In this document: positions 1 through 11,249 of the stretch, in pieces | Numbering within the stretch: position 1 is the stretch's first letter | Layout of the letters: every line of letters begins with the position of its first letter | NCBI GenBank assembly: GCA_946965045.2 | Contig: OX337239.1 | Location: forward strand, 992,001-1,056,000 | Reading direction: 5' to 3' | DNA: 64,000 nucleotides | Origin: Epithemia pelagica | Taxonomy: Eukaryota > Protista > Bacillariophyta | Notes under the pieces: model-generated | What the model was told of the DNA's origin: nothing | Database searches by the model: none | What the model saw: only the letters and a program-made list of their open reading frames with translations | Position numbers and translations under genes: made by a program

Positions 1-2039
1 CAAAGTAATCAGGAGGATGGAGCCACCAACAATGACGACGAGCGTTCATCTTTGTTACAATCCTGTCGAAGCACTGATGGGAAGGAGAACTCCGAAGGTC
101 GGTCGGCGGCACCTCATTATTATGGTGAACAAGATTTGGAAGAAGATGAGGATAGACGGACCAGCAAGATTTCATCCACCGGCAAATCCCTGGAGGAATG
201 CTCCTCAGTAAATCTTTGGCAATGGCATAATTTGGCCATTCCAGTTAGTTACTGGGTCGTGGGTACCTTGCAGGGCTTGTTTCGAACCTTTCTAAATGTG
301 TATCCATTGGATCTGGGTGCAACTGAAGCACAACAAACGTCACTGACCTTCATGGCCACGTTACCGGCAGCCTTCAAGATTTTGTATGGCTTTTCGTCTG
401 ATGCCTATCCCATAGCGGGTTACCGACGCAAATCGCACTTGTTGTTGGGTTGGATGTTGGCCTCGATTCCAATGGCCATCTTGACGTTATCCTCCAATCT
501 CACCCTATTGAGATCACATGTCAAGGATCATGAAGCAGATCACAGTACCATAGCTGCCACTAGCATTGTCCCAGACAATGCTCCGTCCTTGTTGCAAGTG
601 AGTTGGTCCTTTTTTATTTTTGGTGTGGGAATGTGGTATACCGATGCCATTGCCGATGCCATTGTGGCGGAGAAGGCTCGATGTGAACCAGAAGCGATTC
701 GGGGATCACTTCAGGCCACGTGTTACACTTTGAGGTTTTTCGGTCTCATGGTTTCGGCACCCATTTCCACCTACTTGTATTCACACGTTGATGGTCGCGG
801 ACCCCAAATCATTGTCCAAGCCTTGGCTGGTCTTCCTTGCCTTGTCCTTCCCCTTGCCTGGTGCTTTGCCGAACAACCTGCCACTCGGACTGCGAACCAA
901 GGGTCGTCGGTATCGCAAACTTCAGCCGTGACGGTAAAACCAGTTCGAGAACAGTGCTTGGAAATATGGCGTACTGTATGTTCTCGGGCTGTATGGGAAC
1001 CCATGGCGTTTATCTACGTTTTTAATTTGTTGCAAGTCAGCAATGCCGCGTGGCGTCAGTTTTTGGTCAGTGTCTTGCATTTTACACCCGCCAATCTCAA
1101 CTCCCTTTTGGTTGCTTCCTACGTTGTCTTGTACTTGGGAACCTTGTTGTACAAATACTTTTTGTTGCAAGCAAGTTGGCGACGCATTTATCAAGTCTGT
1201 TTGGTATTGAACCTCGTCTTGTCATCCCTGCAATTGCTCTTGATTCGAGGTCATACACTCGGCATTTCTCCCTTTGTTTTTGCTCTGGGAGACGATGCCT
1301 TTGCCGAATTTCTTAACGGGGTCCAATTTCTACCCGCGGTTATTCTCATGGTGGCACTTTGTCCACCTGGATCGGAAGGTACGGAAACAATATTATTTCG
1401 GACACTGTCACAAAGAAGGTCGCCGAATGCCATGTCTATGTTGGCCTCACCTTCCTGTGCTCTTTTCCTTTACAGGTGCCAGCTATGCCATGTTCACCAC
1501 GGGTAAGGTTCTCACACATTTCTCTCTCTGACACACTTGTTGTTGGTGCCTCTCATTTCTCCATGTTTCTTGTGTGACAACAGTCATGAATTCGGCCTTG
1601 ATGATCGCTCCACCCCTGAGTTCCCTCCTACTAGGGATTTGGGATGTTAGTAAAGAAGCTCTCGAACGGGGGGAGTTGGATGGATTGGTACGTTGTGTTT
1701 GGTCTGGCGCACCAGAATGGTGCTTCCCATGAGAGAGATCTCACACTCGTCTGTTTTGGAATGATGGATTGTGGATGACATGCTTGGTGGATCGTCATTT
1801 TCTTCTTTATATAGTTCAACTTGTCCTTGTTGACGACGGCGATTCAAATCTCTCCCATTTTCTTTTTGCATTGGTTACCCCAGGGACGAAAAGAACTGGA
1901 AGCATTGGCCTCAGAACCCTTTTCGGGGAGTCCCATTGGGGGTGCACTCTTTTTGACGGTTCTCTTTGCCTCCATGGCCTGGACCTTTGCTGTGACCCTG
2001 ATGAATATTTTGCATCCCGATTGGGCGGGAGGTTCCTGA
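1..2039 (+). CDS. Folate-biopterin transporter (BT1/FBT family, MFS), 5'-truncated by the window; 4 exons (<1-1378, 1476-1502, 1584-1687, 1815-2039)
   Basis: Frame is open from base 1. Multiple TM helices with BT1-like motifs (YGFSSDAYPIAGYRRK, VSNAAWRQFL, FALGDDAFAEF..GVQFLP, ALCPPGSEG). GT-AG introns 1379-1475, 1503-1583 and 1688-1814 splice to ...EGASYAMFTTVMNSAL...LLGIWDVSKEALERGELDGLFNLSLLTT... Confidence 0.85.
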
Positions 2040-2533
2040 GACAGAGTATTATAGGTTCGACTACCTAGATCTTCCACCAACACCAAGGGGAAGGCGTAGT
2101 CGCTCGGAAACTAATTTCCTTTGAATCGTGGAACAGTGGCTGTTTTCCCGCACACTCGTGAGCAAGTTCTCCGTATGTGGCTCCCACTAGCAATGCCGAG
2201 CAAACGAGCCCCATGCATCTCTAGCTGATGGACGAGAAACAAGGCAACAAAGTCATGTTGCAGTACTGGATCTAATTCTATAATATGGATAGTTCTAAAA
2301 TTAGCATTCATCGTTTGCATATCCTGTACGGATCGTTCGAGCCATTGCGATCTTCTTTTTGTTTGTCCAAGAGAGTGTGGGCTCTCTTCAGGAATATTGG
2401 AGTATCGAGAGGGAAGCAAATCCACTAAAATGATGATGTTCACGTCCAGTCATTCGCCAAACGTTTGTCGACCACAACGTCTTCTGCTTCTCATTTCGCT
2501 CGTGGTGATGGTGTTAAACTGTTTTGTGAATCT

Positions 2534-3982
2534 CTATACAGTATCCGTTTCGTGGAGGGCACTGGCGGCACGAGCTTGCGCAATGACTTGCGACCAACCG
2601 AGGGAGGGTTGACTCAGTTTGTGTGCCACTCGACCCAAATACGTTGTATGTGATCCCATTGTTCTCATACTACCCCTGTTCCTGTTTGTGTTGACCACGG
2701 CGGGTCGTCGCCGAAAGAGTCCATGGGCACTGCGAATGGCGCGTTGTCGACTTTGAAGATCGACTTGACAGTGTCGTGGGAGTGCATGAAATTCCAATCC
2801 CACCAATTCCGGAACCTGTCGATACCATTCTACCAACTGCTGAAAACACTGTGATTTGTGCTCTTGTTGTTGTTCCAGCGATAGAGATGGTTGTGCAGTC
2901 TCATTTGACATGCTATCATGAGTCACGGAAGCGTTTTCCTTGCCGTGATGGATCGTTCTACTGGCATATGGATCCGACGTTGTCGTGTTTCGTTCTCTTG
3001 ACGGAAAGCCACCACGACACGCATTCAATGATGCGCGTTCTTGAACTTGTTGCTGCCGTCGTACCGAACCGCGACGACCATCCCAGTACAGGGCCGCGAG
3101 AAGTTTTTGACAAGGGAGAATCTCTGTGGAAATGGGCCCTGGATTGGCTGCCACGGTTGTCGTTCTTGTGGTTGATAAACTTGGGGGAAACGAGACTACT
3201 GAACCGGTTAATGTTGTCGTTGTCACATCGAGCTTTGTCGTGGTGTCCTGTGGTTGCTTCTCCTCTTCTTCCTCCTCCTCCTTGTTGGATGGGAAGGACA
3301 ACCCTTTGGTATTCGTCGTCCACTTGAGCATGGCTTGCTGATCGTGCCAGAGACATGTCGCAAAATGACCAAAGTCCGACGGCGAATACCACAACTGGCC
3401 CTTGTGCTCCATCGTGATGCCGTGCACATTGTTGTAATAGTGATTCCGGTCCAAGTCAAATTGAACACGTTTGCTTGATTTCCTCGTTGGATGATGATCC
3501 AAGCATGGGAGAGGTTTGGTGTTGTCGTTGCTTGTGGGATGAGGAGGACCCATTCCGGATATGGAAGTCATTTCGTGTTGTGCCTTTGGATGCAGTCGTG
3601 AATGTGAAGATGGAGACTGTGGTACACCACCACCACAAAGTCGTTTGCTGGGTGACTCTGGAGTCGCTTCGTGTTCTCTACTGCTGGTAGACACGTGAGT
3701 TTCGCTTCTGGTTTGTGCCTGTGGTGGTTGTTTCCTGTCCCATTCCTCGGGTCTCCATCTCTTTTTGGAGGTCGGTGAGAGTGAGACTGCCACTGTTGAT
3801 GTTGATGGTGTCGTGTACGGGTTGGTTTTTTCTCGGAGAATGGTGGTGCTGCTGCCGTTTTGGGAACGGCGGGCACAACATACTCGAGAACCTGGCAAGG
3901 AGGATCGAGTCGTAGCAGTTGTGGTTGGTGAAACACACGTCGACGACGGAGACGACGGACAGAGGACCATTGCAGCAGACAT
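2534..3982 (-). CDS. Hypothetical protein (diatom-type family with 'KRVQF...LWYS.SDF' motif)
   Basis: 482-aa ATG-initiated ORF. S/T/P-rich low-complexity sequence around KRVQFDLDRNHYY...QLWYSPSDF and a C-terminal GLEFH helix region, a pattern common in uncharacterised diatom proteins. Confidence 0.65.
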   Translation of the reverse strand: MSAAMVLCPSSPSSTCVSPTTTATTRSSLPGSRVCCARRSQNGSSTTILREKTNPYTTPSTSTVAVSLSPTSKKRWRPEEWDRKQPPQAQTRSETHVSTSSREHEATPESPSKRLCGGGVPQSPSSHSRLHPKAQHEMTSISGMGPPHPTSNDNTKPLPCLDHHPTRKSSKRVQFDLDRNHYYNNVHGITMEHKGQLWYSPSDFGHFATCLWHDQQAMLKWTTNTKGLSFPSNKEEEEEEEKQPQDTTTKLDVTTTTLTGSVVSFPPSLSTTRTTTVAANPGPISTEILPCQKLLAALYWDGRRGSVRRQQQVQERASLNACRGGFPSRERNTTTSDPYASRTIHHGKENASVTHDSMSNETAQPSLSLEQQQEHKSQCFQQLVEWYRQVPELVGLEFHALPRHCQVDLQSRQRAIRSAHGLFRRRPAVVNTNRNRGSMRTMGSHTTYLGRVAHKLSQPSLGWSQVIAQARAASALHETDTV

Positions 3983-4687
3983 GACAAGTATCAGAAAAGC
4001 CAGCGCCGTCCAGAAAGGCGTTTGGGAAAAGCAACGTAGTGGAACCCTTGTGGATTGGGACGTTCACTGGAGGAAAAGAGGTATGACTGGAAATACACAG
4101 ACTGGAACAAGAGATCACCACGGTGCGGTTGTCTTTCTCTCATTCGGGCAAAGTCTTTTGACTTGTTTGGTAGTCTCTTGGTGGAATGACTCGCCAAGAT
4201 GGCTGTTGAGACAAAAGAATGAGAAACCAAACCCGCACCCACGTTTTTTGTGAGAAAAAGGGAAAGGGAGACGAAACCATGCCCGCGCGCAAGATCTTGG
4301 CGGGTATGGAATCCGAACGGTTGTGGTCGTGGACACGTGTTCGTGCGCTTCTATCCGTCGTACTGCACGAGAATCAGTCCCGGATGAAGATGGGGTTCCT
4401 CTCCGCGGGCGCGGGAAGAACAAGGTTCAACGGTCACAAGGCTTAATTCAAGGACCGCCTATGTGACCGAATGACGGTCGGTCAACCGCGATGACATTCA
4501 ATTCCCCAAAACCGCGACTCATCCAGACCCCTAAATTTGGCATCGACCCCTGTTTCTTCAAGACAACAACATTCGATCCATACCCCCACAACCGCAACCG
4601 GCAATCAAGCCCAAAGAACACGTCCTTTGGCTCAATCATTATATTGTAGAAGGACATCTCAAAGATCCAAAGTCCAAAGTGAGAAAT

Positions 4688-4704
4688 GGGTGTTTACTGA
4701 AAGT
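4688..4704 (+). repeat. Left terminal inverted repeat of the PHIS transposon
   Basis: GGGTGTTTACTGAAAGT, exact reverse complement of 7676-7692, preceded by AAT. Confidence 0.92.
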
Positions 4705-5000
4705 AGTTAACAGACTTAACGAACGAACACAAACTCAAATATTTTGTACCCATAACCTGTTCATTGGATGCTTATGTTAAGATACAGCCAAGAAATGCTC
4801 GGCACCTCGGACTGCCGAGCAAACGAAACACCCTAAACACAACATCCTCAACGCACGTAAGACACCTTGCCACCTCTATAGATATATATGTATTCGTATA
4901 AGATATACATCTTGCAACCCCCCAAACAAAGAAATTCCTTGGTTGTGGTTTGCACCTCCGCCTCCACCCTCCTCCTTCTCTCTCTCATGGTTGAATCACC

Positions 5001-6281
5001 ATGGAGGAGTTTCGTCCGGCTTCCTTGTCTCCAGACTCTTCCTCTGATGAATCTACCATCATGCCGACACCAGTTGCAGCTGAAGAAGGGGTTGAAGAAG
5101 AGCAAGTGGTAGATGACAACGAAGAAATTGATGTCTCGGCAGAGATGCGACGACTGGACGAGCTTCGATCCTCTCCAGGAGAAGGAAACTTGCCTATGAG
5201 ACGCCGTGAGTCTCCCCGTCTTGCAAAGAAGCGTGAGGATACAGCTGCTTCGGTCGCTGCGGCTATCAAGAAGTCCAAGCGCAGCAACAATCCAACTAAC
5301 TTGAAGGCGACAACACAAGCCGCGAGGACGACAACACAACCTGCGAGGACAACACAACCTGCAAAGACAAGTACCAAGACGACCAAACCACCCCCTATGT
5401 TGGCAAACAAGAAAAAAGGAGGAAATGGTGGGGCAGGGCGGAGCAAAGGACCAACCTACAAGAAAGGGGAAGTTGACTTTCTCCTAGATTTGTTAGAAGA
5501 CCTGAAGCCAGCCTGTTCTGATGAATGGGACATCGTCACTCAAGAATACAACAAGCAGTTTCCAGGTCGTGAACGAGACAGAGACTCGTTGCGACAAAAA
5601 TTCAACACCTTACACAACAAGAAGGTACCCACAGGAAACCCCACAATGCCCGAGGATGTGGAAAGGGCCAAGATGGTCATTGGTTTGATCTGCGCAAAAG
5701 TTGATGCTGGTGGTGATGTTGATGAAGACGACCTTGGAATAGAAGAAGACGAAGAAGAAGAGGACGAACAACCTACAAGGATCCCGACGAACTTATTCAA
5801 GACTGGTGACGCAGAAGCCACCAATATTACAGAATCTTCAATTTCCACGGTACGTTCCCTTAAATCCGGACGAACTCCACGTAGGAGGTCACCCAAACAA
5901 GAACAGGCCCAAGAGCAGAAGGACCTCATGACCTGGCTCATCATGAGCATGAACAAAAAGCAGGAGAAGGACGACGAAGACAGGAAAGAGCGTGCAAAAG
6001 AGGCCCAGCAAAATGCAACAATGCAACAGCTGCTCTTCCAACAGATGCAGCAGCAAGCAACAATGGCCCAACAGCAGGCCACACTTGCGGCACAACAGCG
6101 CCAACAAGATCAACAACAGTTCATGATGTTTATGGCTGGTATGTTTGGAAAGAACGCCGACAACAATCATAATCCAAAGAAGAAACGAAGCCGTGAAGAA
6201 GAAGGAGCGGAAGAAGAAGGAGAAAATGAGCACGATGACCATGGAGGACACAATGACTATCAAGATCACGAAGAAAATTAA
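5001..6281 (+). CDS. Transposon accessory protein with Myb/SANT-like (DUF6818-like) DNA-binding domain
   Basis: YKKGEVDFLLDLLEDLKPACSDEWDIVTQEYNKQFPGRERDRDSLRQKFNTLHNKKVPTGNPTMPEDVERAK is a trihelix/SANT-like pattern. Followed by acidic and Q-rich coiled-coil segments; lies inside the TIRs. Confidence 0.8.
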   Translation: MEEFRPASLSPDSSSDESTIMPTPVAAEEGVEEEQVVDDNEEIDVSAEMRRLDELRSSPGEGNLPMRRRESPRLAKKREDTAASVAAAIKKSKRSNNPTNLKATTQAARTTTQPARTTQPAKTSTKTTKPPPMLANKKKGGNGGAGRSKGPTYKKGEVDFLLDLLEDLKPACSDEWDIVTQEYNKQFPGRERDRDSLRQKFNTLHNKKVPTGNPTMPEDVERAKMVIGLICAKVDAGGDVDEDDLGIEEDEEEEDEQPTRIPTNLFKTGDAEATNITESSISTVRSLKSGRTPRRRSPKQEQAQEQKDLMTWLIMSMNKKQEKDDEDRKERAKEAQQNATMQQLLFQQMQQQATMAQQQATLAAQQRQQDQQQFMMFMAGMFGKNADNNHNPKKKRSREEEGAEEEGENEHDDHGGHNDYQDHEEN

Positions 6282-6329
6282 GGATAACAATCAAATAAAA
6301 TTTAGTAAGAGTTCCATTGAAAGGATATT

Positions 6330-7547
6330 CTAGAAATTACTAGTGGCACGAGCAGCATTTTGACGGAGTTGTGGCATGTATGTCGTCTGGATTTGATTAA
6401 ATCCAACAGTTGATGCTCTAAAGTTGTAAAGAAGAGCAATCAACCGTAGAATCACTCGGCGCTCTCCAACCTCTTCATAGGGGAGACGGTCTTTGAGGCG
6501 AGGGAAAGATGCCTGTAGACCTCTCATCCCCCACTCCGACAATTGCCGAACAGAAGTTGCGGCACGGAACACTACGCGTCTCATCCGCACATTACCATCG
6601 TTGTCAAAATTTGACTGATGCGACTTAAGCAAGGAGGGACGGTTTTCCCTTCCAAAGGCAGAATCAACTACCACACGGGCTCCACCATTATCTCTCTCCC
6701 GCTCATGTAGTTCATCTAACTTGTTGTAGATGTTTGAAATAGAGGCAAGTGTAGAGTCATGCCATGAACCTGGAGCGTTTATAAAACAAGCACGGATTTT
6801 GCCATCCGGTGAGTAGACAAAGAGATTGGACACATAGTGGTCGTGAGTCCATCCATTGTAAAACATGTTTTGTGTCAACGGATTTGCGGCAACACAGAGC
6901 TTCAAACCATCCATGGCTGCCCAAATGTTGGTAAGACAGGGGTACTTGGCTTGGATTGACTGTTTGAATACAGCAATTTCTTCAGGTGTTGGAAGCTCTA
7001 CCTTGGCGTCTGGATGCTTGGCAAGGACCTTGACCAGGATCCTCCTTCCGAATCTAAGCCACACTGATAACGGATTGGCTGTGAAGCCAAATATCAATTG
7101 TAGTACTTTCCTGGATCCTCGAGTACGGGTCCATGCCAGCACAAGTCCTAGACACATGACCGCTGTTATTTTCCTGCGCCTACCGTGATTCCTCCTTGTA
7201 AGTCGTCGCATGTGTCCCCGATTGTTATGTGACTGTGGGTAAGGAGTGTAGGCTTTGAACATTGGTCTGAACAGGGTTAGAAGCCGATTGAACGCTGCAT
7301 GATCAAAACCACAAAGGGTGATTAACGCGTCATCCTGCATTGACCTATAGAGGTGCATAAATGCAGAGTTAAGGGGGTCATGTAACGCATGTCTGCGGAT
7401 TACGGACCTACGCAGTTGGTTGTATTCGTCTATTTCGTTGTTGTTCTGTTGCTGGAGAAGCAACATCATCAGAATGGAAGCTTCCTCCATTGTCTTAGTT
7501 CTTGTATGGTGGAGGGAGACGAATGAGCATTGGGGGAGATTAGGCAT
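6330..7547 (-). CDS. DDE transposase (DDE_Tnp_4 / HARBI1-like)
   Basis: 405-aa intact ORF. HTH region (LGLVLAWTRTRGSRKVLQLIFG...LSVWLRFGRRIL) and catalytic motifs AMDGLK, YNGWTHDHYVSNLFVYSPDG, APGSWHDS, VVDSAF, RQLSEWGMRGLQASFPRL. Confidence 0.9.
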   Translation of the reverse strand: MPNLPQCSFVSLHHTRTKTMEEASILMMLLLQQQNNNEIDEYNQLRRSVIRRHALHDPLNSAFMHLYRSMQDDALITLCGFDHAAFNRLLTLFRPMFKAYTPYPQSHNNRGHMRRLTRRNHGRRRKITAVMCLGLVLAWTRTRGSRKVLQLIFGFTANPLSVWLRFGRRILVKVLAKHPDAKVELPTPEEIAVFKQSIQAKYPCLTNIWAAMDGLKLCVAANPLTQNMFYNGWTHDHYVSNLFVYSPDGKIRACFINAPGSWHDSTLASISNIYNKLDELHERERDNGGARVVVDSAFGRENRPSLLKSHQSNFDNDGNVRMRRVVFRAATSVRQLSEWGMRGLQASFPRLKDRLPYEEVGERRVILRLIALLYNFRASTVGFNQIQTTYMPQLRQNAARATSNF

Positions 7548-7675
7548 GCGTGTACACGTGTATCCAAAGATAGGTTGTGTTTTTATTGGATTTGACCTAT
7601 TTTGTATTCAGGACATACGATAAACTTAAACTTAAACCTAATGGTTGAGTTTGTGTTTATGTTTGTGTCCATTGC

Positions 7676-7692
7676 ACTTTCAGTAAACACCC
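7676..7692 (-). repeat. Right terminal inverted repeat of the PHIS transposon
   Basis: ACTTTCAGTAAACACCC, followed by AAT. Confidence 0.92.
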
Positions 7693-8053
7693 AATAAAAA
7701 GCTTGTCCATATTGCAGAAAGAACGGGGGTGTTGCACAGAAGCCAAGAAACAGAGTGGACCAGATCGGATTGCAATCTCGGACAAGAATTGCACACGGCA
7801 GAAACTCCATCCAACTGTACCTTGAAGAAAACACAAACATTCTCTCTCTTGAGATTGTGTACGTACATAACATCATTCCTTGATAACGTATCCATCGTCT
7901 TCCTTTTCTCTCGATCACTGACTACACTCAAGAAGGTGGATTGATCAAGGCCGCTACCAGAAAACCCTCTCTCACTCGACTCTTTTTCTTCCAAGATACC
8001 ATTTCATTCAACTCGACAACAACAACAACAAAACCAAGACGACCTCAAGAAGA

Positions 8054-9055
8054 ATGAGTGATCTGGCTCCCTTTGTCACAGCGCTCGCAACGTCGTCGGA
8101 TCATTCCTCCGCAATTGGAGTGGTACAAGGACAACAAGGGAAAATTCATGGATTGGAGCATCAAGTACGATCCTTACAAAGCAATGTCCAGTTTCTGCAC
8201 CAACGATTGCACGAACGAAATCCTTTGCGATCCATTCAAATTGTCTCCCATACCATACGAACGGCAGCAACAACGTCTATGGAAACAACAGACCAGGAAG
8301 AACCAGTTCAAGATACGGATATGATGATGGACGAGGACGGGGACGAAACGAAGCAAACTCCAGCCAAAGACCAAGAGGGGGTGGTCTTGATCCAAGATGA
8401 ATGGAATGTCGCGGCTGTGGCAAATCCCAGCACTACTCGCATGGTGGATTTATTTCCCGATCATGACGATGTGCATACTACAGTCGGTGCTTTGCTGCAT
8501 TCTCAATTGGTTGTGGATGGTCAGACGATTGCCATTGCCGACTTGGCGCACTCACTAACATGGACCAGTCTTCGCTTTGCTTTTTGTGACATGATTCAAG
8601 TCGATTACATGTACATTTGTGCCCAATTGCTTGTCGACCACTCAAGTCCTACCGGAAACTCCATTCTCCAGCTGTCCTCGGCCCCAAATTCCTCTTCCAG
8701 CAAGAACAACCAACAATACCACCACAAGAATGGCACAGACAGTACTACGACTCCTGGCAATCCCGTATCATCATCATCATTGTCCACGTCTTGTGTATTT
8801 CGCATTCACTTGTATGTGGCACCGGTTACCATGGAGGAGTATTGTGCCGCCACGGGGGCCGATCCCTCGCGTCGCGATTTTGTGGCCAAGGGTTGCATTT
8901 ATACCCATGATGAAACGGAACGACCAGTCTCCACCGAGTACATGCTGCGACCGGCATGGGCCGACAAACCAGTCAAATTGGCCTTTGACGAAGGGTCCTG
9001 TCAAGCGCAGGCCCAATTTTTGCTCCACCACTTGCACGTACCCTACATTCCGTAA
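8054..9055 (+). CDS. Hypothetical protein (diatom 'MSDLAPFV...' coiled-coil N-terminus family)
   Basis: 333-aa ATG ORF starting MSDLAPFVTAL, followed by a short coiled coil (LEHQVRSLQSNVQFLHQRL). No recognisable catalytic domain. Confidence 0.65.
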   Translation: MSDLAPFVTALATSSDHSSAIGVVQGQQGKIHGLEHQVRSLQSNVQFLHQRLHERNPLRSIQIVSHTIRTAATTSMETTDQEEPVQDTDMMMDEDGDETKQTPAKDQEGVVLIQDEWNVAAVANPSTTRMVDLFPDHDDVHTTVGALLHSQLVVDGQTIAIADLAHSLTWTSLRFAFCDMIQVDYMYICAQLLVDHSSPTGNSILQLSSAPNSSSSKNNQQYHHKNGTDSTTTPGNPVSSSSLSTSCVFRIHLYVAPVTMEEYCAATGADPSRRDFVAKGCIYTHDETERPVSTEYMLRPAWADKPVKLAFDEGSCQAQAQFLLHHLHVPYIP

Positions 9056-9490
9056 GGGAAACTTCTACTTGTTGAAACGACAGCGCAATCACAAACACAA
9101 CAACGACAAATAAACACAAAGGCTTTCATCAACAAACAGGATAGCCACAAGCAAACTTTCTATTTTCGATGATCGGACACTGGAGAGCATTCTCCATGTA
9201 TACATACATGATACTTTTGGGCTCACGTCGATTGGACAAAAGAGCTTAGCTTCATTCATTGTTTCATGAAATTTATGGAAGAAACCAACCACTAAAGAGA
9301 ACACGCCTCTCGATAACACTAGATACTGCTTCATAATGTACAGACAACCAATCAGCTACTGTTATTGAAAAAAATCGTTTGGTTTGATTATGTGCATGCA
9401 GGTCCTTGACTGATGGACCAGAGTACAAACTCTAGTCGATCCGACGAAACGACTCTGTGTGGTTCTGGTGTTGCCACTGGGCCAAGTTTG

Positions 9491-10867
9491 CTATATCCGT
9501 GTGCTATTGTAGGCACCGGCCGTCACTGCTGCAGCCGCGGAGACATCCGACTCTTGTTGTTGTTTCCCAGGGAGTCGTCCCAGCATGGAATTGACCATCC
9601 GACCCACATTGCCCACTACGGTACGAATGACGGATCCCTTGCGCATGACTGCATCGTATTCTTGTCCTTCCACCGCAATGCGTTGGTAATGTTCTTGTAA
9701 GGTAATGGTCCCATACTTTTCCTTGGGATGGGTCGTGACCATGTCTTCGACGGCATAATACTTGCCGATGCGAGCAGTTTCGGCAGCATCCTCCAAGCCG
9801 ACACTTCCGGTAATATCGGCCAACCATTGGAGACTGTCAATAATGGCATCAAACAAACACAGTGGGGTCTGCACATAGTACGCTGCTTGACCAGTGGCTC
9901 GAAAAATCATTTCTCCCTGTTGTCGCATGGTGATGGGTTCGTCGGGTCGACCCAAATTGATAATTTGATTGCAACGGGAGGGATCCTTGGCGGAGTCGAC
10001 CAAGTAGGTGGCCAAATCCGACTCGGCAATGGGATTGCATTTGGTAACCGTGCCATCCCCAAACAAAATATAGGGTGAACCGTTTTGAACACTTTCCAAT
10101 TGACCCGACACTGATTTGAAAAACGCAGTGGGTCGAACAATGGTCCATGTCATGTCCGACTGGGCTTGCAAGGCGGCTTCAAATTTGAGCTTGGCATGTT
10201 GAAATTGCAACCAAGGATTACGGACACAAAAGGCTGACAACAAGACAAAGTGTCGAGCACCAGTTGCTTGACCCGCTTGCAAACAATTCAATGTGGCTTG
10301 ATAATCAATGGCATAGGCATCCTTCTTGACCCCACTACGACTTGCCAAACAGCTGACAATTAAATCCGTCGAAGAAGCAGCACTCTGTGTGTCGTCCTTG
10401 TTGTTGTTGGGTTGCGCTGCCAATTGTCCCTGAAAGACTGTTTTCAATTGCTCCACATTGCTCACGTCGCATTCCACGACGGTCGCCCCTTGAAAGGATT
10501 TGGCGTACAAGGCTTGACCTTCTTCGGAATCCACAACCTTGGTTCGATCTCGCACCAAGGCGTACGTGTCGTACCCTTGTTGGACACATTCTTGCACCAC
10601 TGCCTTGCCAATGTATCCCGTTGCACCCGCGACAATAGCTCGTTTTGGGGGAGTGTTGCTGCTGGGAGTCGTCGAGCTGCTGGACGACGACGAGGACGAC
10701 GAAATTTTGGTTGTGGTTGTTGCTTCCGAGGTCATGGCCGACAACCAGCAGGAAGCTTCTTGGTAGGCCCGGCTACGTGTCGGACGCGAAACTGCAAAGG
10801 CATTGGTGCAACTCGGAACCGACGCTCCGAGGAGCAACCACCAACACCACCATAGTCGCATGGTCAT
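9491..10867 (-). CDS. DVR: 3,8-divinyl (proto)chlorophyllide a 8-vinyl reductase, NADPH-type (diverged paralogue), plastid-targeted
   Basis: Rossmann motif [15 protein letters not shown]; [26 protein letters not shown]; [21 protein letters not shown]; [10 protein letters not shown]; [10 protein letters not shown]. Signal peptide ending TNA-FAV. Distinct C-terminal tail. Confidence 0.85.
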   Translation of the reverse strand: MTMRLWWCWWLLLGASVPSCTNAFAVSRPTRSRAYQEASCWLSAMTSEATTTTKISSSSSSSSSSTTPSSNTPPKRAIVAGATGYIGKAVVQECVQQGYDTYALVRDRTKVVDSEEGQALYAKSFQGATVVECDVSNVEQLKTVFQGQLAAQPNNNKDDTQSAASSTDLIVSCLASRSGVKKDAYAIDYQATLNCLQAGQATGARHFVLLSAFCVRNPWLQFQHAKLKFEAALQAQSDMTWTIVRPTAFFKSVSGQLESVQNGSPYILFGDGTVTKCNPIAESDLATYLVDSAKDPSRCNQIINLGRPDEPITMRQQGEMIFRATGQAAYYVQTPLCLFDAIIDSLQWLADITGSVGLEDAAETARIGKYYAVEDMVTTHPKEKYGTITLQEHYQRIAVEGQEYDAVMRKGSVIRTVVGNVGRMVNSMLGRLPGKQQQESDVSAAAAVTAGAYNSTRI

Positions 10868-11249
10868 ATTTCTTGTTGTCATTCTTCCACCAGATTGTCA
10901 AGAGACTAGTTCTTCGTCTCTCTCTCCCTCTCTCTATTTCAATGATGGAAATCAACGATGGCACATAGAACTGTATCACACACACCAGTTGAGTTGGTGG
11001 AGAATGTGGGCTACTGTGAAGTTGATGGGCGAAAGAAAAATAGAAGTTCAAAATCGAGTTTAGTCGCTTTCAATCGCATAAAACGGCACTTGAAGGACCC
11101 GACAAAATCTTGCGTATCCCAATCTTCGTTTGTGTTTTCTTTGTGTTGTGTTGGACCCACACCATCCTAGCATCCACAAGAAGGACAACACACTGCGACG
11201 CTTGAGAGGGAGGCATCGTGTAACTCAAGGAGATTGAAAAAAGACAATA

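Larger units (their letters stand above)
4688..7692. mobile_element. Complete autonomous PHIS-superfamily (PIF/Harbinger-like, probably Pangu group) DNA transposon, 3,005 bp
   Basis: Perfect 17-bp TIR GGGTGTTTACTGAAAGT (4688-4704) / ACTTTCAGTAAACACCC (7676-7692). AAT is duplicated at 4685-4687 and 7693-7695. Second subterminal inverted 13-mer AACACAAACTCAA (4726-4738 / 7645-7657). Encloses two convergent intact ORFs (Myb/SANT-like protein and DDE transposase). Confidence 0.92.

Noticed and set aside
2111-2443. 110-aa minus-strand ORF between the BT1 gene and the next gene
   Set aside because: No recognisable motif; could be a relic but cannot be supported.
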